Assembly: GCA_028711165.1 (NCBI GenBank)
Contig: JAQTST010000001.1
Span: 78,708-142,707 of the forward strand
Reading direction: 5' to 3'
DNA: 64,000 nucleotides
DNA from: Candidatus Nanoarchaeia archaeon
GTDB lineage: Archaea; Nanobdellota; Nanobdellia; Pacearchaeales; GW2011-AR1
Shown here piece by piece: positions 33,288 to 43,054 of this stretch. The notes under the pieces were generated by a model. It had not been told where the DNA came from and made no database searches. It saw only the letters and a list, made by a program, of their open reading frames with translations. Made by a program: the position numbers and the translations under genes. Numbering within the stretch: the first letter of the stretch is position 1; each line of letters opens with the position of its first letter.

Positions 33288-34202
33288 TTATCTTGTCTTA
33301 AACTCGACGACGTCCATATCTTTCATTTCGTGTTTTAATCCGACGACTTGTCCCGGATATTTTGATGATGGGCCCCAGATTCTTGTCTCTTTAATTTTGG
33401 AGGAAAATCCTTTCAGGATTTTTTCTGCGACATTTTTTACTGTACTCTCTGGCAAAAGAATTATCGGGCGGTTGCTTTTCGGCTTTCCTGGTTCTTTTGT
33501 ATAAACTCTAATCTTGCCAAAACTCTGAAAAAGTTTTTCCTTGAATTGCTCAATATTTTCTCCTGCCTTTGCTGAGACTAAAACAAAATTATATTTTTTA
33601 CTTTGGAGAGTTGCAGAGATTTTTCTTTTTTCATTTTCTGACAGCAAATCTGTTTTTCCGACGAGGATTATTCTTTTTCCTGGAGCTCTTTCAATTTTCT
33701 TTTCTATCTCGGGAAGCTGAGACAAATCTGTTATCAGAATTAAAACTGTGTCGGCAGAGTTTACAATTCCCCTGTCATAATATTCTGATTCAATTGCAGG
33801 AACTTCTATCATTTGTATGGGAACGCCATTATAATCCATCATCCCAATTATCGGAAATTTTGTCTCAAAATCATAAGAAGATATTTTTGGTTTTGCATTT
33901 GTGAGCAGAGAAATCAGAGAAGATTTCCCTGACTTGGTTTTACCGACGATAACTGCCTGCAAGTCTTCTTTTTTTATTCCAACTCTCGCTGAAGATTTTT
34001 TAGTTTTCCTTTCAGTCTCAATTTTCTTTTTTAATTTTGTATATCTTGTTTTGATATTTGCAAGCATCTTTTCAGAAGATTTATGTTTCGGACATTCTCT
34101 CATCATTTCTTCGAGATACATGAGTCTTTCCTCGTCGGTCTGGGCATTCAGGAATTTTGATTCTGCTTTCTGGTAGAACGGGGACTGGTTTGTAGATGCC
34201 AT
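33288..34202 (-). CDS. DRG/Obg-family GTP-binding protein with C-terminal TGS domain
   Basis: G1 GKTKSGKSS, ..IQMIEVPAI.., ..LVGKTDL.., and a TGS-like C-terminus (..RVYTKEPGK..VVGLKHEMKDMDVVEF). Confidence 0.8.
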   Translation of the reverse strand: MASTNQSPFYQKAESKFLNAQTDEERLMYLEEMMRECPKHKSSEKMLANIKTRYTKLKKKIETERKTKKSSARVGIKKEDLQAVIVGKTKSGKSSLISLLTNAKPKISSYDFETKFPIIGMMDYNGVPIQMIEVPAIESEYYDRGIVNSADTVLILITDLSQLPEIEKKIERAPGKRIILVGKTDLLSENEKRKISATLQSKKYNFVLVSAKAGENIEQFKEKLFQSFGKIRVYTKEPGKPKSNRPIILLPESTVKNVAEKILKGFSSKIKETRIWGPSSKYPGQVVGLKHEMKDMDVVEFKTR

Positions 34203-34252
34203 ATATTTTAGAGGATAATAATCTATTTAAATTATTTTTTGATTATTTGGAG

Positions 34253-34462
34253 ATGGGAAATCTTGAATATCAATTAAGAGAATTATGTGAATATCTCGTA
34301 AGAGAAACGCCCACTCATAAGAAAAATATTTTAATCTCTGCCAAGATGATGGAAACGGTTTATCAATTAATGAAAGATGATTCCAAAAAAGAAGAGAACT
34401 CCGAATATATAACAAAAAAGATTGATTATCTGAGACGACATGCCACTTGTGTTTCGGATTAA
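34253..34462 (+). CDS. Hypothetical small protein
   Basis: Track ORF 34196..34462 trimmed to the internal ATG (MGNLEYQLREL..) to avoid overlap with the divergent GTPase start. Confidence 0.3.
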   Translation: MGNLEYQLRELCEYLVRETPTHKKNILISAKMMETVYQLMKDDSKKEENSEYITKKIDYLRRHATCVSD

Positions 34463-34494
34463 AATCTTATAAAATCTTTATTCTTTAATTATTT

Positions 34495-35250
34495 ATGAAT
34501 AAACAAATTCTTGAAAAAATCCGAGAGAAAAGAGAATTTTCTCAGCTTCCTGAAAAAGATATCGAAATTGCTTTTTCACATTATGAAAATAGACAGACAA
34601 GTGAAGATGAAAAAGTAAAACTGACGAAGGAATTATTGAGAAAAGTTTTCAGCGCTTTCATCAGCCAGAAACTTTTATCCTTGAAAAATAAAGAACCCGA
34701 ATGGATTTTAAGGAAACATATTTCCACTCGTGAAAGACTTCCTTATTATGAAAAGATTTATCAAAGAATTTTCACCGATGATAAAAAGGCAAGCGTGATT
34801 GATTTGGGGGCTGGAATTAATGGATTTAGTTACAAATTTTTTAATGAAAAGATTAATTATACAGCGATAGAATCTGTCGGACAGCTTGTTGAATTAATGA
34901 ATTTTTATTTTAAGCAGAATAAATTAGGCGGGAAAGCAATTCATCTTAGTTTGTTTGAAAAAGAAAAAGTCAAGGAAATTATCAGAGAACAAAAGAAACC
35001 GAGAATTGTCTTTTTGTTTAAGGTTATTGATGCACTTGAAAGTTTGAAACCAAATTATTCCAAGGAATTGATTTCTGAAATTGTTCCTATTTCTGACAAA
35101 GTTGTTGTTAGTTTTGCGACGAGAAGCTTGGGGAGCAGAGAAAAGTTCAAGGCAAAGAGGAATTGGATTGTTGATTTTATCAAAGAGAATTTTAATGTCC
35201 TGGATGATTTTGAAATTGGAGGAGAAAGGTATATTATTTTCGGTAAATAG
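34495..35250 (+). CDS. SAM-dependent methyltransferase resembling the FmrO/RmtB/ArmA 16S rRNA m7G1405 methyltransferase family
   Basis: Motif I VIDLGAGINGF. The C-terminal ..VVVSFATRSLGSREKFK.. closely parallels ..VSFPTRSLGGRGKGM.. of RmtB-type enzymes (from memory). Size is ~250 aa. Confidence 0.55.
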   Translation: MNKQILEKIREKREFSQLPEKDIEIAFSHYENRQTSEDEKVKLTKELLRKVFSAFISQKLLSLKNKEPEWILRKHISTRERLPYYEKIYQRIFTDDKKASVIDLGAGINGFSYKFFNEKINYTAIESVGQLVELMNFYFKQNKLGGKAIHLSLFEKEKVKEIIREQKKPRIVFLFKVIDALESLKPNYSKELISEIVPISDKVVVSFATRSLGSREKFKAKRNWIVDFIKENFNVLDDFEIGGERYIIFGK

Positions 35251-35280
35251 TTTTATATATTTCAAGCATTTTTTCCCTCT

Positions 35281-36480
35281 ATGAAGCCTCAATTTTACAG
35301 AAAAGTTCTAAAAAATGGAATGACAATCCTCTTTGAAAAAAGAGATTTGCCTATTGTTGCTGTTGCCTTTGCAGTTAGATGCGGGGGAATAAATGAACAT
35401 CTTTCTGAAAAAGGGATTTCTCATTTTATTGAACATATGCTTTACAAAGGAACTCCGAGCAGAGACGCGAAAAAAATTGCCGAGGAGATTGAGAAAAACG
35501 GCGGAGATTTGAATGGTTTTACCGACGAGGCAATTACTGCTTACTGGTGCAAAATGCCGAGCAAACATCTCAAGGTTGCACTAGAAGTTTTGGGGGACAT
35601 GGTAAAAAATCCCCTGTTCGACGAGAAAGAACTGGAAAAAGAAAGAAAAGTTATTTTTGAAGAAATTAAAATGAGAAAAGACAGCCCGCATATTTATGTT
35701 CTTGATAGTGTTCAAAAAGAATTATACAGCGGAACCCTTGGTAAAAACTTAATCGGCACTTATGAGACAATGAAGTCTATTGACAGAAAAAAAATTGTTG
35801 AAAAATTCAAACAGGTTTATCAGCCGAATAATTTAATTCTTGGAGTTATCGGCGATGCTAATCTTGATGACATTATCGAATTTGCAGAAAAAAATTTTGG
35901 AAATATTAAAGGAAAAATTTCAAGACAAAAATTTTCCCTGCAAAATGGTTCAAAGATTGAAAAAAGAAAAGGCATTGACCAGACCAATCTTGTTTTCGCT
36001 TATCATGTACCTCTTGCAGGAAATAAAAAAAGCTACGCTGCCGAGGTTTTAGGAACTTTGATGGCTGGCGGGATGTCCTCGAGATTATTCAGCGAGATAA
36101 GAGAAAAAAGAAACCTTGCTTATTCTGTGAAAGGAGAATCAAACATAAACAAATTTTTTGCATATAATATAATTTATGTCGGAACAACGAGAGAAAATAT
36201 GGAACTTGTAAAGAAGATAATTCTCGAAGAATTCAGAAAAGTTTCTGAAGGGCTTGACGAGAAAGAATTAAATCAGGTTAAAGAACAACTTATTGGGAAT
36301 TATCATATTTCTATGGAAGATTCGCAGGCACAATTAATCAATCTCCTCCTTGAAGAAATCGACGGAGATGCCAAAGAATTTTATGAATTTGAAAAGAATG
36401 TTTCTGAAGTCAAACTAAAAGATGTCAAGGAACTCGCGAAAATAAAAAATTACAGCTTTTTTGCTTTGGTTCCCGAATAA
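35281..36480 (+). CDS. M16-family zinc peptidase (pitrilysin-like)
   Basis: Inverted zinc motif HFIEH followed by ..MLYKGT.. Confidence 0.85.
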   Translation: MKPQFYRKVLKNGMTILFEKRDLPIVAVAFAVRCGGINEHLSEKGISHFIEHMLYKGTPSRDAKKIAEEIEKNGGDLNGFTDEAITAYWCKMPSKHLKVALEVLGDMVKNPLFDEKELEKERKVIFEEIKMRKDSPHIYVLDSVQKELYSGTLGKNLIGTYETMKSIDRKKIVEKFKQVYQPNNLILGVIGDANLDDIIEFAEKNFGNIKGKISRQKFSLQNGSKIEKRKGIDQTNLVFAYHVPLAGNKKSYAAEVLGTLMAGGMSSRLFSEIREKRNLAYSVKGESNINKFFAYNIIYVGTTRENMELVKKIILEEFRKVSEGLDEKELNQVKEQLIGNYHISMEDSQAQLINLLLEEIDGDAKEFYEFEKNVSEVKLKDVKELAKIKNYSFFALVPE

Positions 36481-36526
36481 AGAAAACTACTAATATATTT
36501 TTAAACTTATTTTCTTTTTTTATTCA

Positions 36527-36712
36527 ATGAAAAAGGTGATGAAATTTTTTAGTAAAATTTTTGGTAAGAAAAATAAGCACAGAATGAGAAATATCATTTT
36601 TTTACTCTTGGCAATTTTAATCATTGCTTTTTCCATTGGAGCTTATCTATATTATTCTGAATTGCATTGTGCTCTCAAGGGTTGCTGGCAAAGTTTCAAA
36701 AAATGCATTTAA
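36527..36712 (+). CDS. Small single-TM protein (hypothetical)
   Basis: 61-aa ORF with a basic N-terminus and one TM. Confidence 0.35.
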   Translation: MKKVMKFFSKIFGKKNKHRMRNIIFLLLAILIIAFSIGAYLYYSELHCALKGCWQSFKKCI

Positions 36713-36749
36713 TAATAATCTATAAAAACTTCTTCTATTAATTATTTTC

Positions 36750-37556
36750 ATGTTTATCGTAAAAATTCCGGGAATTAATGGAGAAGGAAAAACAAAAGGA
36801 TGCGAGAGAGCAGGGAATGCAATTCTTGAAGAATTAAAAAATATTCACAGCAATGAAAGCGGAAATATTATTGATACAAAACTTCTTGATTTGGAAGAAA
36901 TTCATTTAGATAATTCTAATCTTGAACTTACTAATAAATTAATTTATGAAAACTCGCTTGAAATTTTTGATGAAAAACCGAAAGTTATTTTTCTTGGAGG
37001 AGATCATTCAATAAGCTATTCTATCGGGAAAGCTTTTCTGGAACACTGCAAAAACCAGAGAAAAAAACCCTGCTTAATTATTTTTGATGCACATGCAGAT
37101 TGTATGGAACCTATAGAGGAACCAACCAACGAGGAATGGCTGAGAAAATTAATTGACGACGGATTTCCGTCGGAAAATGTGCTAATTGTCGGGGCGAGAA
37201 ATATTCACCAAGATGAAATTAAATTTATCAAAGAGAACAAAATCAAAACCCTTTCAATGAGTGCACTTACAGAAGATTTGAATGATATGTGTGATACAAT
37301 TATGGAATTTGCCAACGGAAAAGAACTTTACATTTCGATTGACATCGATGTTATTGACCCTGCTTTTGCTCCTGCGACAGCTTATCCTGAAAATGGCGGG
37401 CTTACCAGCAGGCAATTTGTTTATCTAATTCAACGAATGAAAAGAATCAAAACTCTCAGAGCAATTGATCTCGTTGAGATTAACGAAAAGGAAGATAAAA
37501 AATATAATAACATGACTGTTAAACTTGGTGCGAAAATCCTGAGTGAATTGTTATAA
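36750..37556 (+). CDS. speB: Agmatinase/arginase-family ureohydrolase
   Basis: GGDHSISY, IIFDAHADC and SIDIDVIDPAFAPAT manganese-binding motifs. Confidence 0.85.
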   Translation: MFIVKIPGINGEGKTKGCERAGNAILEELKNIHSNESGNIIDTKLLDLEEIHLDNSNLELTNKLIYENSLEIFDEKPKVIFLGGDHSISYSIGKAFLEHCKNQRKKPCLIIFDAHADCMEPIEEPTNEEWLRKLIDDGFPSENVLIVGARNIHQDEIKFIKENKIKTLSMSALTEDLNDMCDTIMEFANGKELYISIDIDVIDPAFAPATAYPENGGLTSRQFVYLIQRMKRIKTLRAIDLVEINEKEDKKYNNMTVKLGAKILSELL

Positions 37557-38098
37557 TGAGAACTTTTATTGCAATAGATATTCCTGAAAAAATAAAAAAA
37601 GAAGTTTTGAAAATTCAGGAGCAACTTCCACCATTCGAAGGCAAAAAAACTGAATTTGAAAATCTGCATCTTACTTTAAAATTTTTGGGGGAAGTCAGCG
37701 ACGATAAAATTGAAAAGGTAAAAGAGAAATTAAGAGAGATTCAATTTAATCCTTTTGAAACTGAAATTGACTCTCTTGGTTTTTTTGATAACAGGAAATC
37801 AAACAAATATGAACAATCGCTTATTGTCTGGTTACATATGAAAAACTGCGATGAACTTCAGAAACAAGTTGATTCAAAATTAGAAAGATTGTTTGAGAAA
37901 GAAAAAAGATTTATGTCTCATCTTACAATAGCCCGAGTAAAATCTGTAGAAAACAAAAAAAAGTTTACTGAAAAATTATATAAAATAAATATTCCCAAAA
38001 TGAATTTTTATGTCAATAACTTTATCCTGAAGGAATCTGTATTAACTTCCCCAGGTTCAATTTATAAAAATATTGAAATTTACCGGGGGAAAATATAA
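37556..38098 (+). CDS. RNA 2',3'-cyclic phosphodiesterase (LigT/ThpR, 2H family)
   Basis: Two HxT/S motifs: HLTLKFLG and HLTIARV. Confidence 0.85.
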   Translation: MRTFIAIDIPEKIKKEVLKIQEQLPPFEGKKTEFENLHLTLKFLGEVSDDKIEKVKEKLREIQFNPFETEIDSLGFFDNRKSNKYEQSLIVWLHMKNCDELQKQVDSKLERLFEKEKRFMSHLTIARVKSVENKKKFTEKLYKINIPKMNFYVNNFILKESVLTSPGSIYKNIEIYRGKI

Positions 38099-38193
38099 CT
38101 AACAAAGACAATTAAGTTTTATATAATTTTTGTATAGTAAAGAATATTTTGTTATGCACATTTTTTTAAAAACAGAAGAAAGCATATTATATT

Positions 38194-38487
38194 TTGATGG
38201 ATAAAGACTTTTTAGAGAGGATAGCGAAACAACTTGCTTCTGATTATTTATCCTGTTTGAATAATCCTAAAAAATTAGATACTACTCTTACTCCAAGCAG
38301 GACTATTATCCTGTATAATTCAAGCGACGAGGAATTTAATCAATTTAAAAAATCAATGGATGAATATTTTGCTACAAGAGATTTGTCTATAAAAATTATC
38401 TCTGAGAAAGAAATTGATTCTTCAAAAAATCATAACTATAAGATTAATGTCAGATCTTGTTTGGATAATCCCCCTAAACTTTACTGA
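38194..38487 (+). CDS. Hypothetical protein (97 aa)
   Basis: ORF only. Confidence 0.35.
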   Translation: MMDKDFLERIAKQLASDYLSCLNNPKKLDTTLTPSRTIILYNSSDEEFNQFKKSMDEYFATRDLSIKIISEKEIDSSKNHNYKINVRSCLDNPPKLY

Positions 38488-39182
38488 TAATCTTCGTCGA
38501 CAATTTTGAAAACATCTGCTTTTTTCCCTATAGTTTTTTCCAGTTCTTCTCTCGGAGAATTCATTATATTTTTTATTGTCTTGAATTCCTCTAGAAGTTT
38601 TTTTGCTGTTTTTGGGCCGATGCCCGGAAAAGCCTCGAGAATAAACTGCATTCTTTCTTTTTTGTTCAGCGTCTTTTTTGAAACATTCAGCGACGATTCT
38701 TTTTCTTTTTTTCTCGCCAAGACATTTATGAACTTAGCTGTGTCTTCATAATTTTTTGAAAAAATTATTGGAACTTTAAACTTCAAAATTATCGAAAGCA
38801 AAAAACCACGAATTGCATTCGGGTGAAGCCCTGTTGGATTATCATCGCTGTAAAGTTCCTGTTCATCAATTCCCTCTATTATCAAAAACTTTTTTTCATA
38901 CTGCTGAATTTCCTGCAACTGCCGAATAATTCTTTTATTTAGCATTGAAGAAATAAAATCTGAAATTGTTTTCCTTTCAACCGCGATGTCATTCACAAGA
39001 TAATCTGCTACTTTTAGCTCACGAAATTCAACTTCCAACCCGAGAGCGATTAATTCTGAAGCAACCAAAGAACTTTTCTCACGATAATCTGCAATGACTT
39101 TTTGTTTTTCTATTTCAACTTTTTTCCTTTCTGGTTTTTTCGAAAAAATATCAAAAATTGGCTTTGTGTAAATTGTTTTCAT
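38481..39182 (-). CDS. XPF/ERCC4-type nuclease with (HhH)2 domain (Hef nuclease half)
   Basis: ..VADYLVNDIAVERKTISDF.. (ERK motif) and C-terminus ..LEAFPGIGPKTAKKLLEEF.. Confidence 0.85.
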   Translation of the reverse strand: MKTIYTKPIFDIFSKKPERKKVEIEKQKVIADYREKSSLVASELIALGLEVEFRELKVADYLVNDIAVERKTISDFISSMLNKRIIRQLQEIQQYEKKFLIIEGIDEQELYSDDNPTGLHPNAIRGFLLSIILKFKVPIIFSKNYEDTAKFINVLARKKEKESSLNVSKKTLNKKERMQFILEAFPGIGPKTAKKLLEEFKTIKNIMNSPREELEKTIGKKADVFKIVDEDYQ

Positions 39183-40741
39183 AGTAATCTCTTTTGAACT
39201 TCAGATTTATCCTTATTTAACATATCCTCTTTTATATCCTGAATTGTCTTGTGCATTTTCTTCTCGCGCGCATTTGCAACATAATAGAAACTTTCATCTC
39301 TTGTGCTTTTTGTTATCAGCATGATTAATTTTCCTGCCATCAGCCTCGCTGTTCTTCCTCCTCTCTGAATTTTTCTTATTGCCGACGGAACAGATTCATA
39401 AAAAATGACTATATTCACTTCAGGAATATCAAGCCCTTCCTCTGCAATTGACGTCGCACATAAAATGTTTATCTCCCCCGATGAAAACTCCTGTATAATT
39501 TTTTTCTGCTCTTTCTGATTCAATCCTGTGCTTTCCCCTTTTGATGAAATTTTTTTTGCCTGCCCGACAAAAACTTTTGAGCAAATTCCGGGAATCATAT
39601 TCAACTTTTTTGAAATTACCGACGCTGTATCCCTGAACTGCATAAACACTATTACTTTCAATTTTTCATTACGAGATTTTTCAATTTCAATTATTTTAAT
39701 CAACTCTTCAATTTTTGGATGTTCAAATCCTTTTGCAAGAAGTTCGTTTGATTTTATGTATATTGAGCTGAACTCAGGATTGCTTACAAGTTTTACAATT
39801 CCTTTGCTTTTTTTGTCGACTGCCTGCTTGAATAATTCTTTTAGATATTCGGTAAAGCTTGCAAGAGTCTGCGTTTCAAGAAGCTCCAATGCATGCTGAA
39901 GTTTTATTGCAATTGAGCAGGAAGAAACAGCGAGGAGATAATTGTAATTTCTGTTCCCGTGGGAAACTGCTGACATCAGTTTTTTCTGAAGTTCTATCAA
40001 TCCGATTTTTGAAGAATTTCCCCAGAAAACCCCGCGCATTTTTATATCGGTGATATAAGAATTGAAAAGTTTTTTCAGACTTTCCCTGAGAGAATCAAGT
40101 TCGTCGGGGAAGTCTATGACCCGCTTATCAAATTCCAATTCCTGCAGGTAGGGTTTTACATCGTCGGAATCCCGTGTTTTTAATTCGACTTCTTCAATTG
40201 AAAGATTTTTGCATATTTCATTTATCTTAGTTTTATCATAACCGGGGGAGGCAGTCATTCCGATAATTCTCTGATGCACTGAATGCTCTTTATATTTCTG
40301 CGCGACGAAATTGTAGTCATAATTTTTTATACACCGATGTGCTTCATCTTCAATTAACAAGCAGACATTTTTCAAATCATATAATCTATTTTTCAAATCA
40401 TTGGCAATGCACTGCGGGGTTGAGAAAATTATGTCGGTGTTCTGCCAAAGTTTTTTTCTTGCTTCGGCATTTATCTGTCCTGTAAACAAATTCATCTCGG
40501 CGAATAATTCGGGGAGATGTTTTTTGAAATAATCAAGATGCTGTTCAACAAGAGGTTTTGTAGGAGCGAGAAATAATACTTTTTCTCCTGGAAATTTTTT
40601 CATTCTTTCTATCGTGAGCATCAGAGCAATCAAAGTTTTTCCAAGCCCTGTCGGCAGAACAACTAAACAATTCTTCTCGACGCATTTTTCAAATATTTTC
40701 TGCTGATATTCTCTTGGGGTAATTTTTTCTAAAAATTCCAT
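39179..40741 (-). CDS. Hef/FANCM-type SF2 helicase (Hef helicase half)
   Basis: Motif I LPTGLGKT, DEAH box (IEDEAHR), ..MTASPG.., and motif VI ..QRGGRTAR... Its stop overlaps the nuclease ORF start. Confidence 0.85.
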   Translation of the reverse strand: MEFLEKITPREYQQKIFEKCVEKNCLVVLPTGLGKTLIALMLTIERMKKFPGEKVLFLAPTKPLVEQHLDYFKKHLPELFAEMNLFTGQINAEARKKLWQNTDIIFSTPQCIANDLKNRLYDLKNVCLLIEDEAHRCIKNYDYNFVAQKYKEHSVHQRIIGMTASPGYDKTKINEICKNLSIEEVELKTRDSDDVKPYLQELEFDKRVIDFPDELDSLRESLKKLFNSYITDIKMRGVFWGNSSKIGLIELQKKLMSAVSHGNRNYNYLLAVSSCSIAIKLQHALELLETQTLASFTEYLKELFKQAVDKKSKGIVKLVSNPEFSSIYIKSNELLAKGFEHPKIEELIKIIEIEKSRNEKLKVIVFMQFRDTASVISKKLNMIPGICSKVFVGQAKKISSKGESTGLNQKEQKKIIQEFSSGEINILCATSIAEEGLDIPEVNIVIFYESVPSAIRKIQRGGRTARLMAGKLIMLITKSTRDESFYYVANAREKKMHKTIQDIKEDMLNKDKSEVQKRLL

Positions 40742-40780
40742 ATAACCTCTCTGGGAAGTTTATTTATTATAATTTTGTGA

Positions 40781-41425
40781 TTATATTACAAAGATTGCAA
40801 AAAGCATGCCGATTAGGACTAATGCTGCGAGGAAACTCCACATAATCAAGTTTCCGAAAAATATTTTGTTCCCGTCCAAATCAAAAAGTGGGAGAATGTT
40901 GAAGAAAGCGAGATAAACATTCAGCCTCGAGAAAAGCGGGAAACCGAGGAAATATCCGACTACTGCGAGAATTAAATTTATCACAATTCCCGACGCTGCA
41001 ATTAATCCTAAGTGATATTCTGTTATTTCTGAAAATGTGTATAATCCGTGGCGTTTTGCTCCGCGGTAAATTCTTGGCTTGACATCGAAAACTAAAGAAC
41101 CCATCCATACTAAATTCCTGAGGGGAAATAAAATTAGTTTAGATAATATTGGGAGAAAAGCTCCGATTGGGAAGGGTTTTTTGAAATGCGATGAAGCGCG
41201 AAGCCCGTATCTTTCAAGACTCCAGACTTTCATTTCAATTTCTGAATCAAGAAGATATGCTGTTATTTTTTTTGTAAAGATATTTGCGAGCATTACGAGA
41301 GAAACTGCAAGGAAAGTTCCCCCAAGCACCATCCAGTTTTCAGTCATATCGAGAGAAAGACTGACAGAGAAACTTATAATTATTATAATCAGCAAAATTG
41401 GAAATATCTCTTTTTTGTTCAGCAT
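40781..41425 (-). CDS. Site-2-protease (M50)-like membrane protein lacking an intact HExxH
   Basis: Exact NxxPxxxLDG motif (NILPLFDLDG). The expected HExxH position reads YHLGL. Confidence 0.5.
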   Translation of the reverse strand: MLNKKEIFPILLIIIIISFSVSLSLDMTENWMVLGGTFLAVSLVMLANIFTKKITAYLLDSEIEMKVWSLERYGLRASSHFKKPFPIGAFLPILSKLILFPLRNLVWMGSLVFDVKPRIYRGAKRHGLYTFSEITEYHLGLIAASGIVINLILAVVGYFLGFPLFSRLNVYLAFFNILPLFDLDGNKIFFGNLIMWSFLAALVLIGMLFAIFVI

Positions 41426-41546
41426 GACTTTATTTGGAGGTAGTTTTTTATAAATTTATCTGGAACCGAGGTTTCTAATACCTCCTATTAATATTTATAT
41501 TTTTTACTACGGAAAACTATTTAAATACACTGCAATAAATTTATCT

Positions 41547-41825
41547 ATGAGAATAAAAAAGATTAGTGAAGTCGTCGGGAACAAAGTTTATACTGATTCG
41601 GGAGATTTTTTCGGAGACATCGAGGAAGCAAATCTTTCTGACAACAGAATTGACGGCTGGAGAATTAAAGTTGGCGGAAGCGTCATCTCAATGATTGGCG
41701 GAGCACGGGGAGTTATAATTCCTCACCAGTTTGTAAAAGCTGTCGGAGATGTTTTTTTAATCAACAGAGCTGCATTGCCAAATCCAGATTCCAGCGTTGA
41801 AGAAATTCCTGAAGACTTGGTATAA
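41547..41825 (+). CDS. PRC-barrel domain protein
   Basis: ..VVGNKVYTDSGDFFGDIEEANL..GVIIPHQFVKAVGDVFLI.. Confidence 0.6.
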   Translation: MRIKKISEVVGNKVYTDSGDFFGDIEEANLSDNRIDGWRIKVGGSVISMIGGARGVIIPHQFVKAVGDVFLINRAALPNPDSSVEEIPEDLV

Positions 41826-41873
41826 TTCTAAATTAAAAGTAAGATTTATAAGTAATAATATTTTTATTATATA

Positions 41874-42377
41874 ATGGCAGAAACAATGAATCTCTTACAA
41901 TATGATGTTGTCTCTAAATTTATTTTGCCATTCTTCCTGGTTTTCTTCCTCGTGTTTGCTATTCTTGAAAAGACAAAACTTCTCGGTGAGAAAAAACAAC
42001 TGCACGCACTAATTTCTTTTGTAATCGGCTTGATTTTTGTCGGAGCAATTTATCCTGTTCTTGTCGTTAATAATTTAATTTTGTTCTTGACTGTAACTAT
42101 CGTCGTTGTTTTTGTTGCTTTGCTTATCTGGGGATTTATATTCGGAGATTTGAAAGATACTAAACTTCCTAAATTTTTAACTATCGGACTTGGCATTCTT
42201 GCTACAATTGCAATAGCTATCGGAATTATCTGGGCAACCGGATTTCTCGATGACATTCAAACTTATTTATCAACAGGAATCGGCGGAACAATTGTCACAA
42301 ATATTGTTTTCTTGATTGTGATTGCGATTGCACTCGCCTTGGTAATGAAAGGATTTAGCGGCGGAGAAAAGAAATAA
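41874..42377 (+). CDS. Multi-TM membrane protein (hypothetical; paralog of 42489..43040)
   Basis: ..FILPFFLVFFLVFAILEKTKLLGEKKQLHALISFVIGL.. compares with ..FFSYLLPFLLVFALVFGILTRTQIFKENKAVNAIIALAV.. Confidence 0.5.
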   Translation: MAETMNLLQYDVVSKFILPFFLVFFLVFAILEKTKLLGEKKQLHALISFVIGLIFVGAIYPVLVVNNLILFLTVTIVVVFVALLIWGFIFGDLKDTKLPKFLTIGLGILATIAIAIGIIWATGFLDDIQTYLSTGIGGTIVTNIVFLIVIAIALALVMKGFSGGEKK

Positions 42378-42438
42378 TTTATTTTTTTAACGAAACATAT
42401 TTAAACATATTTTCATATTTTTACATATGCTAAAAGAG

Positions 42439-42491
42439 ATGACTGAAACAGAAGTTTCAGCACAAATACAAAACAGGTGTTTTGCATAATG
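42439..42491 (+). promoter_or_regulatory. Mini-ORF/hairpin coupling cassette, copy 3 (MTETEVSAQIQNRCFA*; possible earlier in-frame ATG at 42427)
   Basis: ATGACTGAAACAGAAGTTTCAGCACAAATACAAAAC-AGGT-GTTTTGCATAATG. Confidence 0.6.
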
Positions 42492-43040
42492 ATAATGCTT
42501 CAGACTTCTGTATTTGGAGAGGGTGTTGTTGCAGACTTGCTTACTAAATGGGAAGCGCTTGGATTTTTTAGTTATCTTCTTCCGTTTTTGTTAGTTTTTG
42601 CACTGGTGTTTGGAATTCTGACGAGGACACAAATATTCAAAGAGAATAAAGCAGTGAATGCGATTATTGCCCTCGCTGTTGCATTTATGTCCCTGCAGTT
42701 TGATTTTGTTCCCACATTCTTCTCGCAAATATTTCCAAGACTTGGAGTCGGACTTGCAATTATTCTCGGAGTATTAATTATCATCGGACTCTTTGCTCCG
42801 CCTAACAGCAAGATAATAGATTACATTCTCCTCGGAGTTGGAGTTTTAGTAATTGGAGTAATAATTGTTCAGTCTGCTGCAGGAGCTGGCTGGGAATCGG
42901 CAGAATTCTGGGATAAATATTTCGGAGTAATCTCTGTGATAATTGTTCTTGCAATATTAGTATTCATAGTAGTTGGTGCATCTACCCAACCTAAACAACC
43001 AGACACTACTTATTACGCTCCTCATTGGAGAGGAAAATAA
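42489..43040 (+). CDS. Multi-TM membrane protein (hypothetical)
   Basis: Track ORF 42477..43040 trimmed to the ATG of the TAATG junction (MIMLQTSVF..). Confidence 0.5.
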   Translation: MIMLQTSVFGEGVVADLLTKWEALGFFSYLLPFLLVFALVFGILTRTQIFKENKAVNAIIALAVAFMSLQFDFVPTFFSQIFPRLGVGLAIILGVLIIIGLFAPPNSKIIDYILLGVGVLVIGVIIVQSAAGAGWESAEFWDKYFGVISVIIVLAILVFIVVGASTQPKQPDTTYYAPHWRGK

Positions 43041-43054
43041 AAATTATTTTTTAA

